DNA of 60,359 nt, counting the filler, from Hausera hauseri (lineage: Eukaryota): assembly GCA_046269625.1 (NCBI GenBank). It is 12 parts of 12 records of this genome, joined end to end, with 100 filler letters (N's around TTAATTAATTAA, not from the genome) between each part and the next. Parts side by side here need not be neighbours in the genome. Positions count along the whole stretch, not along the records: positions 50,375 to 54,976 come from JBJURY010509684.1; positions 55,077 to 60,359 come from JBJURY010291059.1; 10 more parts are not named here. The stretch is one strand, 5' to 3'. The notes below the pieces were generated by a model. That model saw only the letters and a list, made by a program, of their open reading frames with translations. It was not told the DNA's origin and searched no databases. This document shows positions 50,375-60,359 of the stretch, in pieces. The first letter of the stretch is position 1, and every line of letters starts with the position of its first letter. A program made the position numbers and the translations under genes.

Positions 50375-53300
50375 AGTTTTTCTTGACAGTCGATTTAGAG
50401 GCGGAAGACCGGGCCAGACTATGGGCCCGACGCGGCGACAACGGACGCCCGACCAAATAGGCCAAAGGGCACCGGCCGCCGTGGGCACCACATCACCCTC
50501 CGTGGCCAAGTGAAAACTATAAAGATCAAAAATAGACGGAAAGAAAAAATCGCTAAACGAAAAGTGGCTGTCAGTTGGTCTTAGTGTAAACAAGACGTTG
50601 GGTGCCTTCTACTGATTTTTCTCTGCTATACTTGCTAAATGTGACTCTGCTTGTGTTGTCTTTATTCGATGTGTTTGCTTGCAGAGGTTGAAGTTGGAGA
50701 AAAAATTGTCAGATTTTGTTGTGAGTGTTGTGTCGTGCAAAGACGAGTCAGAATGAAGAGAACATGGTGAAGGAGGAAGAGAGATTGTTGAAGATGGACG
50801 GTTAAAGGTATTCAAGAGTGTTAGAAGATGAAGGAGGAGAGAAGAAAATTGAAGTAGAAATTGGAATTATGTTAGGCGGAAGAGCAGAAGTAGAAGATGA
50901 GACAGAGGAAGTGGTAGAGAAAGGGAAAGAGATAGAAATAGAAGTAAAAGGTGTGGAGAATGATGAAGTAGGATGAGGTGAAACTGGTGTTGCAACAGAT
51001 AAAGGAACAGCAGGAAGTGTAGAAGTGAGGAAAGAGACTAATTTGTCGATTGTTGAAATGTCGTCGACAAAGAAGGCGGGCTTTAAGTTGGTAATATGCA
51101 CCGTAAGTTCATTGCCGTCTTTAGAAATAATGGCGTTATGTGAATGCAGCTGTATCAGTTTATAGGGGCCCAGATACCGTGGCTGAAAACCGCACAGTGT
51201 TTGATTTTTTAGCCATACGAGTTTTACCCGAATACAAATCTTCAGGTAAATATGTTTTGTCATTATGAAGTAACCTGCAGAACAAATTTTTGCTGAACGT
51301 GACGAAGTGATTTTGTGCCGCCAGTATCATTTCATCTGTAATAGTGTCGTTTAGTGCAGTCAGTTATAATAATGATCATTCAGGAGCTCCGAATAAAACT
51401 TCAGTAGGTGCGCATCCTGTAAAAGTAGACGGAGTGTTTCGCCAGCCAAGCAGAACAAACGGAAGAAGATTCGTCCAACTAGTGTTGGACTCTGCAAGGA
51501 TTCTTAGTGATGTTTTCAATGTTCAATGGAAACGTTCTAAAAGGCCATTCGATTGGGGATGGTAAGGTATAGTATGTATGTGATGGATCCCCAATCGGTT
51601 ACCAATGGATTTGAAAAGGTTGGATTCAAACTGTGGACCCTTGTCCGTGATGATGAAGCGAGGTGATCCAAACCTTCTAATCCATGTACAAATGAAAACG
51701 TCAGCTATGGTGTCGGTATTTGTGCTGCACAGCGGGATGGCTTCTGGCCATGGCAAGGAACGATCCATCATGGTGAGAATGAATTGCTGACCGTTGTCTG
51801 GAGGTAGAGGGCCAACGATGTCGATATGCACCGACTCAAAACGCGATGTGCAGGGAAAGTGGAACAGTGGTGGCTTTAAATGCTTAATTGTTTTGTATTT
51901 TTGGCGAGCCGCACACTCCTTAACCCATGCCTGTATATAAGAACACACTGATTGCCATATTACTTGTCGATGGAGTAAAAAAGTGGCTTTAGCACAAGGG
52001 TTGTGTGGCGAATGTACGCTATTAAATGCTTGCCTTCGCAATGATAATGCGAGAATTATTACGGAATGACCTGGTTTAGAAGTGTCTAAAGCTACGCCGT
52101 CAACAATTGTGAAAGACTTGAAAGAATTAAGCATGTCTTGAGGTGGCTGATTCTGTTGAAGTTGAGCTTGCGTAAAAATCTGTGAAAAATTAATCAAACT
52201 AACCGACCTACATAAAAAACCGGCAACCAAATTATTAGCCCCATTGATATTTTTTATATCGAAGTTAAATGTCGAAAAGTACGATATCTGTCGTTCTTGA
52301 CGTGAGGAAGGATGATTTATAGCCATGATATCAAGTACGGGCTTATGATCGCATTGGATAGTAAAATGGCGGACGGCAAACAAGTGGGAGAAATGATTTA
52401 AATTGAGAACGATGGCCAATAACTCTCGATAAAACGTTCAATATCTAGTTTCAGGGGATGTTAGCTTACGAGAGAAAAATTTTAGCGGTTGATTTTCTCC
52501 TTTGTGGACCTGGTGAAGCACAGCACCTATTTCAGTGGTTGAAGCGCCTGTGTGATAAGGACGATTTCTGCATAAGGCTTTGGGAAAGCGAAAATGTCGA
52601 CGGTCTTAATTCCTTCGCGTAATTATCAAATTTATCAACCAACTCAGATGTCCACTGGATTGGCTGATGTTTATTGCCACCGCTTAAATGTGCAAATGGT
52701 GCTGTCAATTCAGAGCAATGTGGTACATATTTATGTACAACTTGTAGCGTACCAAGGAAGCTGCTTATTTCGGTGATCGTACGTGGTAACTGAATATTCT
52801 TAAGGGCCTCAACTCGGCTTGGTTGGGGAGAGTCTTAATCTGGTGAAATAACATGGCCCAAAAAGTTGATGCGCTTTTTGAAGAAATGGCATTTATCAAA
52901 ATTGACTTGGAGATTATGGTGGTGAAGGCGTTGGAATATTGCTCGAAGGTGTTCCTCGTGTTGTTTGGCCAAAGACGAAACGATCAGAATATCATCGATG
53001 TAAGGGTGCACAAACGGGAAAATTGAGAGAATCGAATCAATATGTCCCTGAATAATCTGCGCGGCTTTTGCAAACCGAAAGGCATAAACAGGTATTCGTA
53101 ATGGCCAAAAGGAGTAGTGAAAGCAGTTTTTTCTATGTCTTCGGCTACCACCGGTATTTGGTGGTATGCTTTGGCAAAATCGATGGTGGAATAAATAATA
53201 GTTGAATTAAGGCTATGCAAGATATCCTTGATGAGTGGTAAGGGGTACATATCCATGATGGTCACATTTTTCAACTGGCGGTAGTCACCGCATTGTCTAA

Positions 53301-54976
53301 AAGTGCCGTCCTTTTTTGTACGACGTATAAAGGTGACAACCAAGGAGATTCGGAACGGCGTACAATGCTGGGCGTTCTAGTTCAAGAAATTCGACTTCTA
53401 TGGCTTGCCTACGATGAGGTGACAGTGATCGTACCTTTTGGCGTATTGGTCGTTGATGCTGTGTAATTGTGTGATGTACAGTGCTGTTTTCAGCAGTAAA
53501 CGTACGATCCTTTTTGACTAATAGTGGAAATGATGTGTTGATAAATTTCTGTAAAGTTGTACGCAGCTGTGAGAGATTCGGTGATGATGGTGAAACAGCT
53601 TGAGTAGTGGCGGATGCAATTTGTGAATTGTTTGGTGATGTTTAGCCAAGTGGTATTTGGTGTAAGATGGTCGAATTGAAAATGGTATTTGATGAAGTGA
53701 TTTCGTCGAGGGAATTAAGGTTGGTGGCAGTACCACAATTATCGACATCGAACCTCGACTGAATATCAATATTATTATTTAAAAATTTACGGAATGAAAT
53801 ATTACGGAACTTCAAAGTAGTGTTTGGCTTTTTCAAAATTTATCTCCGTGTCTCGATCGACTGCACGGTAGTCGAAATGCTATTGTCATGCTCAGCAATG
53901 CTTTCAGTGATGCTGCTCCTCAGACATCGTTGACTGCAGTCAACCAATAAATTATAATGTGATAGAAAGTCAAACCCTAGAATTGCCTTCTGGACGTTAG
54001 CAACTGTGAATGTTCAGTGGAAAGGTGAAGGAAATTTTGGTAAAATAAAAGATAGCCATGCCAGAAATGTGCAGCGGTTGACCTGAAGCGGTGAATAAGG
54101 GTTTAATTCTGAATGGTGAATTTTGTACAGGAAAAGTTTGTCGTAATAAAGAAATCGCTAAACCTGTATCTATGAGAAAGTCAACGGATTGCGTTGTAGG
54201 AGCGGTGATTGCAGCATTTATAGTAAAGACAGCAAAAGAGGCGTGTTGGAATTCAGAAAGTGATGTAGTGCCTTTGCCATAGTTTGTTGTGACTTCTGGC
54301 AGCAAATTTAGCTTTTTTGAAAAGGGGAACTAAGACGACTATTAAAAAGAAAGGTAGTACGTCCGTCGTTCGTATCTGGTTTGAAAGTGCAGCATGGAAT
54401 GCATTTACTAGCTTGGATTTTAAACCTTGCATGGTAGATGCAAACAACAATGTCTGAAAAATACTGTTATTCTAAAATTTACACCATAGGCAGCATTTCT
54501 TGACATTATTATTGAATCTGCTGTGGTAGTAGCAGATTGATGACCGCATAGGCGATGATCACGGTTTCTAGATGCAGAATGGGCGCGGTCAGCAACAAAA
54601 TCCCTTCGGCGGGACAGGGAAAGTTTGTTTAATTTGTCGTTTATATTGTTAATTGTCGCTTGTAGTGCTGTTGCTAGTAGTTGCTGCTCTATTGATGTGT
54701 TGTTGTTTTGGATACCGGTAATGGCAACTGCCACCGAAACGACTGGTGGGGAATTTAAGTGTAGAAAGTCGTATGTTTTATCGGATAATTCGGCCAATTT
54801 CTAAAGAGTCGTGGAGTCCTGCACCACGGTAATAGCAGCCCAAATTTGGATGGGTAACGCGTTGAGGAAGTAGTTGCGCAGTAGTTCTGGATTGTGTTCT
54901 TTAGTGACACCAAGGGTTTTTAGATGTGCTAAAGAGGTGCGTAAAAAGTCTGATGGTCGTTGTGTGCCTATAGCAT
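50375..54976 (-). mobile_element. Decayed Ty3/gypsy element (gag-PR-RT-RH-IN, probable 3' LTR)
   Basis: PR FLIDTG; RT GDYRQL, YPLP, MPFGL; RH DHKP; IN HIDIVGPLP, TDKGPQFES, YHPQSNG, YLGPY; GC-rich TG-starting segment after a purine run at about 50490. Confidence 0.9.
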
Positions 54977-55109
54977 NNNNNNNNNNNNNNNNNNNNNNNN
55001 NNNNNNNNNNNNNNNNNNNNTTAATTAATTAANNNNNNNNNNNNNNNNNNNNNNNNNNNNNNNNNNNNNNNNNNNNATCATTGATTTAAAATTTATAGCG
55101 GAAAGGCCT

Positions 55110-55550
55110 ATGTGCTTTCGGTCCCACTTGCGAATTATTCGAAAACCAATCAAACGATTTAAATTCTAACTGCACATTCATATACAACATCAAGTGCACT
55201 TGCGATTGAACCCGGTCTCAAGCCCAAAAGATCGATTTTTGGAAACTCGAAAATCCAATATTATTGATTTTTGCACACTTGCACATATGCTGCACACTTG
55301 TACTGTGCATCAATCGATGCGCCTTGATGTGCTCTATCGATCAGCACTTTTCCCGATCGATTCGATCACTTGTGCACTGTGCAGCGATCAATAAATGATA
55401 GTGCAAAAGTGTCCTTAGCAACGGTGCCCGGCGGCACCGTTGCTAGGCACTTTATGGATCGATAGTGCGCAGTGTGCACTATCGATCGACACATGTGCAA
55501 AATCGATTTATCGATTACCGCCCCCCCGGGAGGTGGGACCGAAAGCACAT
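55110..55550. mobile_element. MITE/foldback element with 18-bp terminal inverted repeats
   Basis: ATGTGCTTTCGGTCCCAC (55110-55127) and GTGGGACCGAAAGCACAT (55533-55550); internal 13-bp hairpin at 55416-55445. Confidence 0.75.
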
Positions 55551-57703
55551 TTTCTCACTACTACTATATGGTGTAAAATACTGTTTGCGGGAGTTAAAGT
55601 ACGGTCTTTTTTAAGTACGCGTGGATATGAGGTATTAGCGAATTTTTGTAAAGTTGTAGATAGCTGTGAAAGATTCGGTGAATGTGGTGAAACTGTTTGA
55701 GTAGTAGCGGATGCAATGTGTGAGTTGTTTGGTGACGTGAAGATAAATGGTATTTGATGTAAGATGTTTGAATTGAAAATGGTGTTGGCTGACGTATTTT
55801 TGCCGAATGAGTTACCGTTGGTGGCAGTACCTTAATTATCGACATTGAACTTCGATAGAATGTCAGTATTTTTATTTAAAAATTTACAAATGGAATTATT
55901 GTTATAAAAAATCGAATCATTCGTTGACTTTTTTAAGATTGACTTCTGCATTCCGGTCGACTGCGCGGTAATCGAAACGCTATTTACATGTCCAGAAACA
56001 TCCCCAACGGTGCCTTTTCTCAAACACCGCTGACTGCAGTCAACCAGTAAGTTGTAGTGTGAGAGAAAATCAGATCCTAGAATTGCCGACTGGACGTTAG
56101 CAACGTGAACGTCCAGTGGAAGAATGAAAGAAAATTTGGCAGAGTGAAAGATAATGTAGTCGTGCCAGAAATGTGCAACGGTTGACCTGAAGCAGTGTAT
56201 AAGGGTTTGATCTTAAATGGAGTATTTTGTGCGGGAAAAGTTGATAGTAGTAAAGAAATTGCTGCTCCTTTATCGATGAGAAAGTCAATAGATTGTGTTG
56301 AAGGGGCAGTGATTGCAGCCTTTAGAGTAAAGACTGCAAAAGAGACGTGTCGGCGTGCAGAAAGTGAATTGGTGCCATCGCCAGAGTTTGCCGTGACTGC
56401 TGGCGTGCGTATTGGATTTGAAGGTACAGCCAGGGATACATTTACGAGCTTGACTTTTGAACCTTGAAATGTAAATGCAAACAACGCTGCTCGAGGAAAA
56501 TTTCTTGTTATAAAACTGACACCCTAGGCAGAATTTCTGAGCATTAGTGTTGAATCTGCTGTAGTAATAGCAGACTGACGAACACGCATGCGATGTTGAG
56601 CGGTTTCGTGACGCAGAACGGATACGATCAGCGGCAAAACCCCTTCGGCGAAACAGAGACAATTCGTTCAATTTATTATTGATGTTGTTTATTGTTGCAT
56701 GTAATGCCATGTTTTCAGCACGTAGCTGATTAAGTTGTTGTTCTATAGATGCATTATCGTTAGCGGCAACTGCTGCTGAAACGACTGGTGCAGAATTTAC
56801 TTGTAGGACATCATGTGTCCTATCGGCCAGTTCGGCCAATGATTCAAGCGACGTGGAGTCTCCCACCATGGTAAGTAGGGCCCGGATTTGGATAGGTAGC
56901 GCATTAAGAAAATATTGGCGTAGATCTGGGTTGTGCTCCTTAGTGACGCCAAGAGTACGTAAGTGTGCCAACGAGGTGCGTAGGAAGTTACTGGGTTTTT
57001 GTGTCCCCATTGCGTTTTTATTAAAGAAACGTTGCATCATTGAATCAATTGATAGTTCTGTCTGTTTTAATACAGAGTCGAATAATTTGGTATAAGGGTC
57101 AGAGTGTTGAAATTTGTCCAGTAAGTTATGGATTGAGGCTTTTATTGAGTGTGGGAGAAGATAAAGTAGTCTATGTGCTTTGGATAAGGAGTCTGTGATA
57201 CCGTTAGACTCTAACCAGAGTTGATGGAAGTGGAGCCACGTTTTGCTGGACTTTTCATTATCTATAAAGTATTCAGTGCAATGTGGAGAAGTATAGATTA
57301 GATTTTTGTTTGAAGAATTTGCGTCGGTTGAAGTAGGTGGACGATTTGGTCTGGTGTAGTAAAGAATGGGTATTGCCTTTTTTGTGGTGGTTGTATCCGT
57401 GGTGTCAGTCGTTGGCGAAGTGTTCATGCCACCACGGATACGATGTATGTTGAAGCAAGCGTGATTTAAAAAAGGAGATAAATTTTCGTTGAGCTGTACG
57501 ATAGCGCCATTTTAAGTGAGGTAAAAGTCGGGAGAACCAAACAAGGAAGAAATGCAGGTCTGAAGGGTGCGCCTGAGGGCGTGGTAGGGCCGACGCCAAT
57601 AGCGCCGTCTAACCGACCGGCGCAGGGTTGGCGGTCAGGACCTCCGCCTCTACGGGGCGGGCACCAAAATGCAGGGTGCCCGAGTTTCCGCTCAAACCGC
57701 GCA
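55551..57703 (-). mobile_element. Ty3/gypsy element 5' part (putative LTR about 57521-57703, gag 56285-57427, protease), same family as 50375-54976
   Basis: 380-aa gag (QKPSNFLR, FLNALP, LAELADR, CYY.SRF...C); PR FLIDKGAAIS; colinear with about 53460-54976. Confidence 0.88.
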
Positions 57704-58214
57704 ATATATTCGGTAAATACGTCCGCTTTTTAAATTGGTATTGCAAGTTTTGTAGCGGTAATATTCGATTGTGTGCGTATGGACCGTCTAGGATTAAACG
57801 CTTTGAACGTTTCTCGATGTTCGACTGTTTTTTACAGATATTACAAGGAAACGGTTTCACACTTGTATTGATCCGCCTATGATGTTCCATTATTCCGCCA
57901 TTATGCGTCATATAATTACAATCGGGATAATGAAATTTGAAATTTCCGGTGTTCTTTTTCGGTTTTTTGGGATCGACATGACTCCGTCGGGCATGTAAAA
58001 ATAATTGACTCCGTGTTTCATAGACTGGCTCGCACTGAAGACAAGTGTAGACTTTGACGAAATGCTTCTCACGCGTATGTTTCGTGTACGCATTAGCGTT
58101 TTGATGCGGCTGCGGACAAGATGGACAACGATATGTTATTCCATTGCTGTCAAGGTTTTGAGAAACGGCAATACTCGATGGAACGTTTGTCTGACTAACT
58201 GGAGTCAAATACAT
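57704..58214 (-). pseudogene. C2H2 zinc-finger coding remnant, interrupted at its 3' end by the gypsy element
   Basis: CPSC...H....H, CLQC...H....H, and a TSVKPFPCNICKK linker. Confidence 0.7.
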
Positions 58215-59329
58215 TTGGACACTATCATCGGTAATAACCTGTCAACTTTCCTCATCCAGCCGCACAATTATGTCACTAACTAAATTTGCGTCACTAAATT
58301 GAATACCCAACAAGCACCTAACCCTTCCAAGAGATCTCAATAGTTGTGTTACGTCATCTTTTAATTGAATTTCGGCCAAGGTATTATCTGGCCGAAATAA
58401 CAAACCATGTATTCCTTTGATCAATTTGATGACTTCTATGAATATTTCTTTGACCCATGAAATCAGACTAGTTTTGGTTACTTCAGACAAGATTTTTGGT
58501 ATTTCTGTAATAACGTTTTCGATATAGAAATTTGAAATATCCAATGTTTGACGTCGATTGAATAAATTCAAGGTATCCTGCAAAATTTTCGGCATTGACT
58601 CTCCTTCTTCAAGATGACCAATATCCAGTGGAAGCAAGTGAAGTGATCGGAATCTTTTAGTTCGTAGACTAAATAAATCGAGAATCTGTGATGCTGCTAA
58701 AATAGGAGAACAATTTGGATTGTCAAATTCGTTCTCTTCTAAACCAGGGAATGCCGCTGAGCAGGATGACTGACTCATTTCTGATGTTGATAATGCCTTT
58801 TTGCTTTCCTGGCTTGTTTTTGAGTCTTTACTGGAAACTGAATCCAGAGTGCCAGTATGTTGGCCTGCGGTAATGTGATGTTGCCATGCCTGATACCTTT
58901 CACTCTCTTGTTTGGCTTGCCTACTGAGTCAAAGGTTCTTTTCCAACGCCATCCCCAGCTCATCAAATTCAGAATGCATAGTGACGTTTGGATTCGCGCT
59001 TTGTGTCTGATTAATGACTGTACCAGATGTAATCGTATTGTCAAATAGTTGCGTCGAAAGTTGAGACTCCTTTATAGTTAAACTTGAAGCTCTTTTGTCA
59101 TCCTCAACATTTGAATCTTGTTTATATTTTTGAAATATTTTGCCTAATGGTTGCCTTTCATTTTTCGTTGGTGTTGATGAACCGAATATATTAATAGTTT
59201 GCGAATCAACTGTTAACTGCTTTGGAATTATTTCAGATTCGTTAGAGGATTCTTCGACTAGAGATTCAGCTTTGAATGAGCCGGAATTAAAACTATATTC
59301 TGCACTACTCTATGGCAAAACGAGTGGAA

Positions 59330-59697
59330 ATTCTTGTGGAGCCATTGGTGCAGGTAATTCCACATCTACACTCTCTTCTGAGACGTTATCTAACATGTTT
59401 TCAGCTGCTGATTGTACTGGCTAAGTAGAACATTGATTTGCAATAATCGTTATCATCGGATCGGAATTGGTGATTGATTTTCAGCCTTAGAGCTTCGACG
59501 AACAGGACCATTACATCTGTCGCGCAGCCATTTCTTCATATTATTGCCACTTATTATCTTTTCGGTAACCAAGTGTCGTCGTGTTGATACATTGATCAAA
59601 AGTGACGCTGGAACTAAACCTTGGTTTTTATAATTATCTTCTTCAGTACCCTCAGTGCTATTCGTATTAATTTTCCTAACAGACGCCCATTCTAATT
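59330..59697 (-). pseudogene. Trio/Kalirin-like fragment (SH3 C-terminal half and following linker)
   Basis: EWASVR...GLVPASLL, GNNMKKWL...PVRRSSKAE and ELPAPMAPQ recall Trio WCLVR...GLVPCGSL, GNTLRKWLTSPVRRLS and LPPPMAIQ. Confidence 0.6.
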
Positions 59698-60359
59698 TGT
59701 GTTCTATATTATCCCGATCAGAAACAAACCTCACTGAACGAAATAAAATAAGAACTGGTATTTCTCTTTTTAACAATAAAACGATCACTCCAACTTCCGG
59801 ACCACGTGCTCGTTTTCCAGCCCCAGCTTTTCCCAATAAATTTACATGCAAATTACTAGAAGGTCTAAAACTATACTCGACCATTGACTTTATGCCACAT
59901 TTATAAGAATATTTATCTTTAGGGAGGAAAACAAAAACCGTATTGTTGGCCATTCTTTCTTGGGCGATAATAATTGTCTCGGATCCGTTAATAATAAAAT
60001 ACGCACCAGTATCCAACGGACATTCATTTAATTGGGTCGAATCAACATGAGATATTTTCGATAACAAACAATATGTTGAACGAAGCATAAATGAACTCTT
60101 ACATATGTTAACTCGATCATTTATCTCAACGAGCTTGTCATCTGTTCCGTAATTCCTCAAAGCCAGATCAAGAAAAAGAGATGCATTGTAAGTTAAGTTT
60201 CTGAGCCGTGCATCATTTAGCATGATTGGATTATCAGACCAATCATTCTCGTAATGGGTGGGTTTACTGAGGTAAATTTGTCTAAAAGTAAAATCGCATT
60301 TATTTGGAGCATAATAACCTGAGCCGTATTGCGTTTCTTCTTCAACAAATAACTTTGGC
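59698..60359 (-). pseudogene. POLR2B: RNA polymerase II second-largest subunit N-terminal fragment, intronless and degenerate
   Basis: QIYLSKPTH, ARLRNLTY, MLRSTYCLL, LNECPLD.G.YFIINGSE, AQE.MA.NTV, FVSDRD. Homology stops at about 59698. Confidence 0.85.

Noticed and set aside
55520-55550. Hammerhead ribozyme suggested by CGAAA
   Set aside because: No CTGANGA core or compatible stems; the sequence is explained as the TIR.
59453-60359. Giant-virus RNA polymerase indicating an NCLDV genome
   Set aside because: The motifs match cellular Pol II RPB2, the fragment is truncated and chimeric, and no other NCLDV core genes are present. The PolB and ATPase here are Polinton-type.

Overview
This is not one locus. 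It is a concatenation of 12 eukaryotic (metazoan, AT-rich) contigs of about 4-7 kb, joined by an artificial 100-bp spacer (44 N + TTAATTAATTAA + 44 N). Host genes: a giant-exon GRL101/LGR-type GPCR, a spliced AFG3L2 m-AAA protease, a partial FHL-like LIM gene, and a decayed RPB2/Trio-like/C2H2 mosaic. The rest is mobile DNA: several decayed Ty3/gypsy elements, a Polinton/Maverick (adintovirus-like) segment with a divergently transcribed TBP-like gene, hAT, pogo and Tc1 transposons, RTE LINEs, a tRNA-headed SINE and MITEs. The most notable signal comes from contigs 1 and 6, which overlap by homology (1-806 minus matches 26424-27230 plus). Together they reconstruct an enveloped gypsy-type retroelement polyprotein: [long unknown region] - Bcl-2-like domain - hydrophobic anchor/signal - class III (chuvirus/herpes gB-like) glycoprotein - protease - RT - RNase H - integrase. 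Here env lies upstream of pol, the env tail is in the same frame as the protease, and an anti-apoptotic-like fold sits directly in front of env. Contig 7 is a second, divergent family with the same env-before-pol order. All calls come from manual translation and motif recognition; no searches were run.
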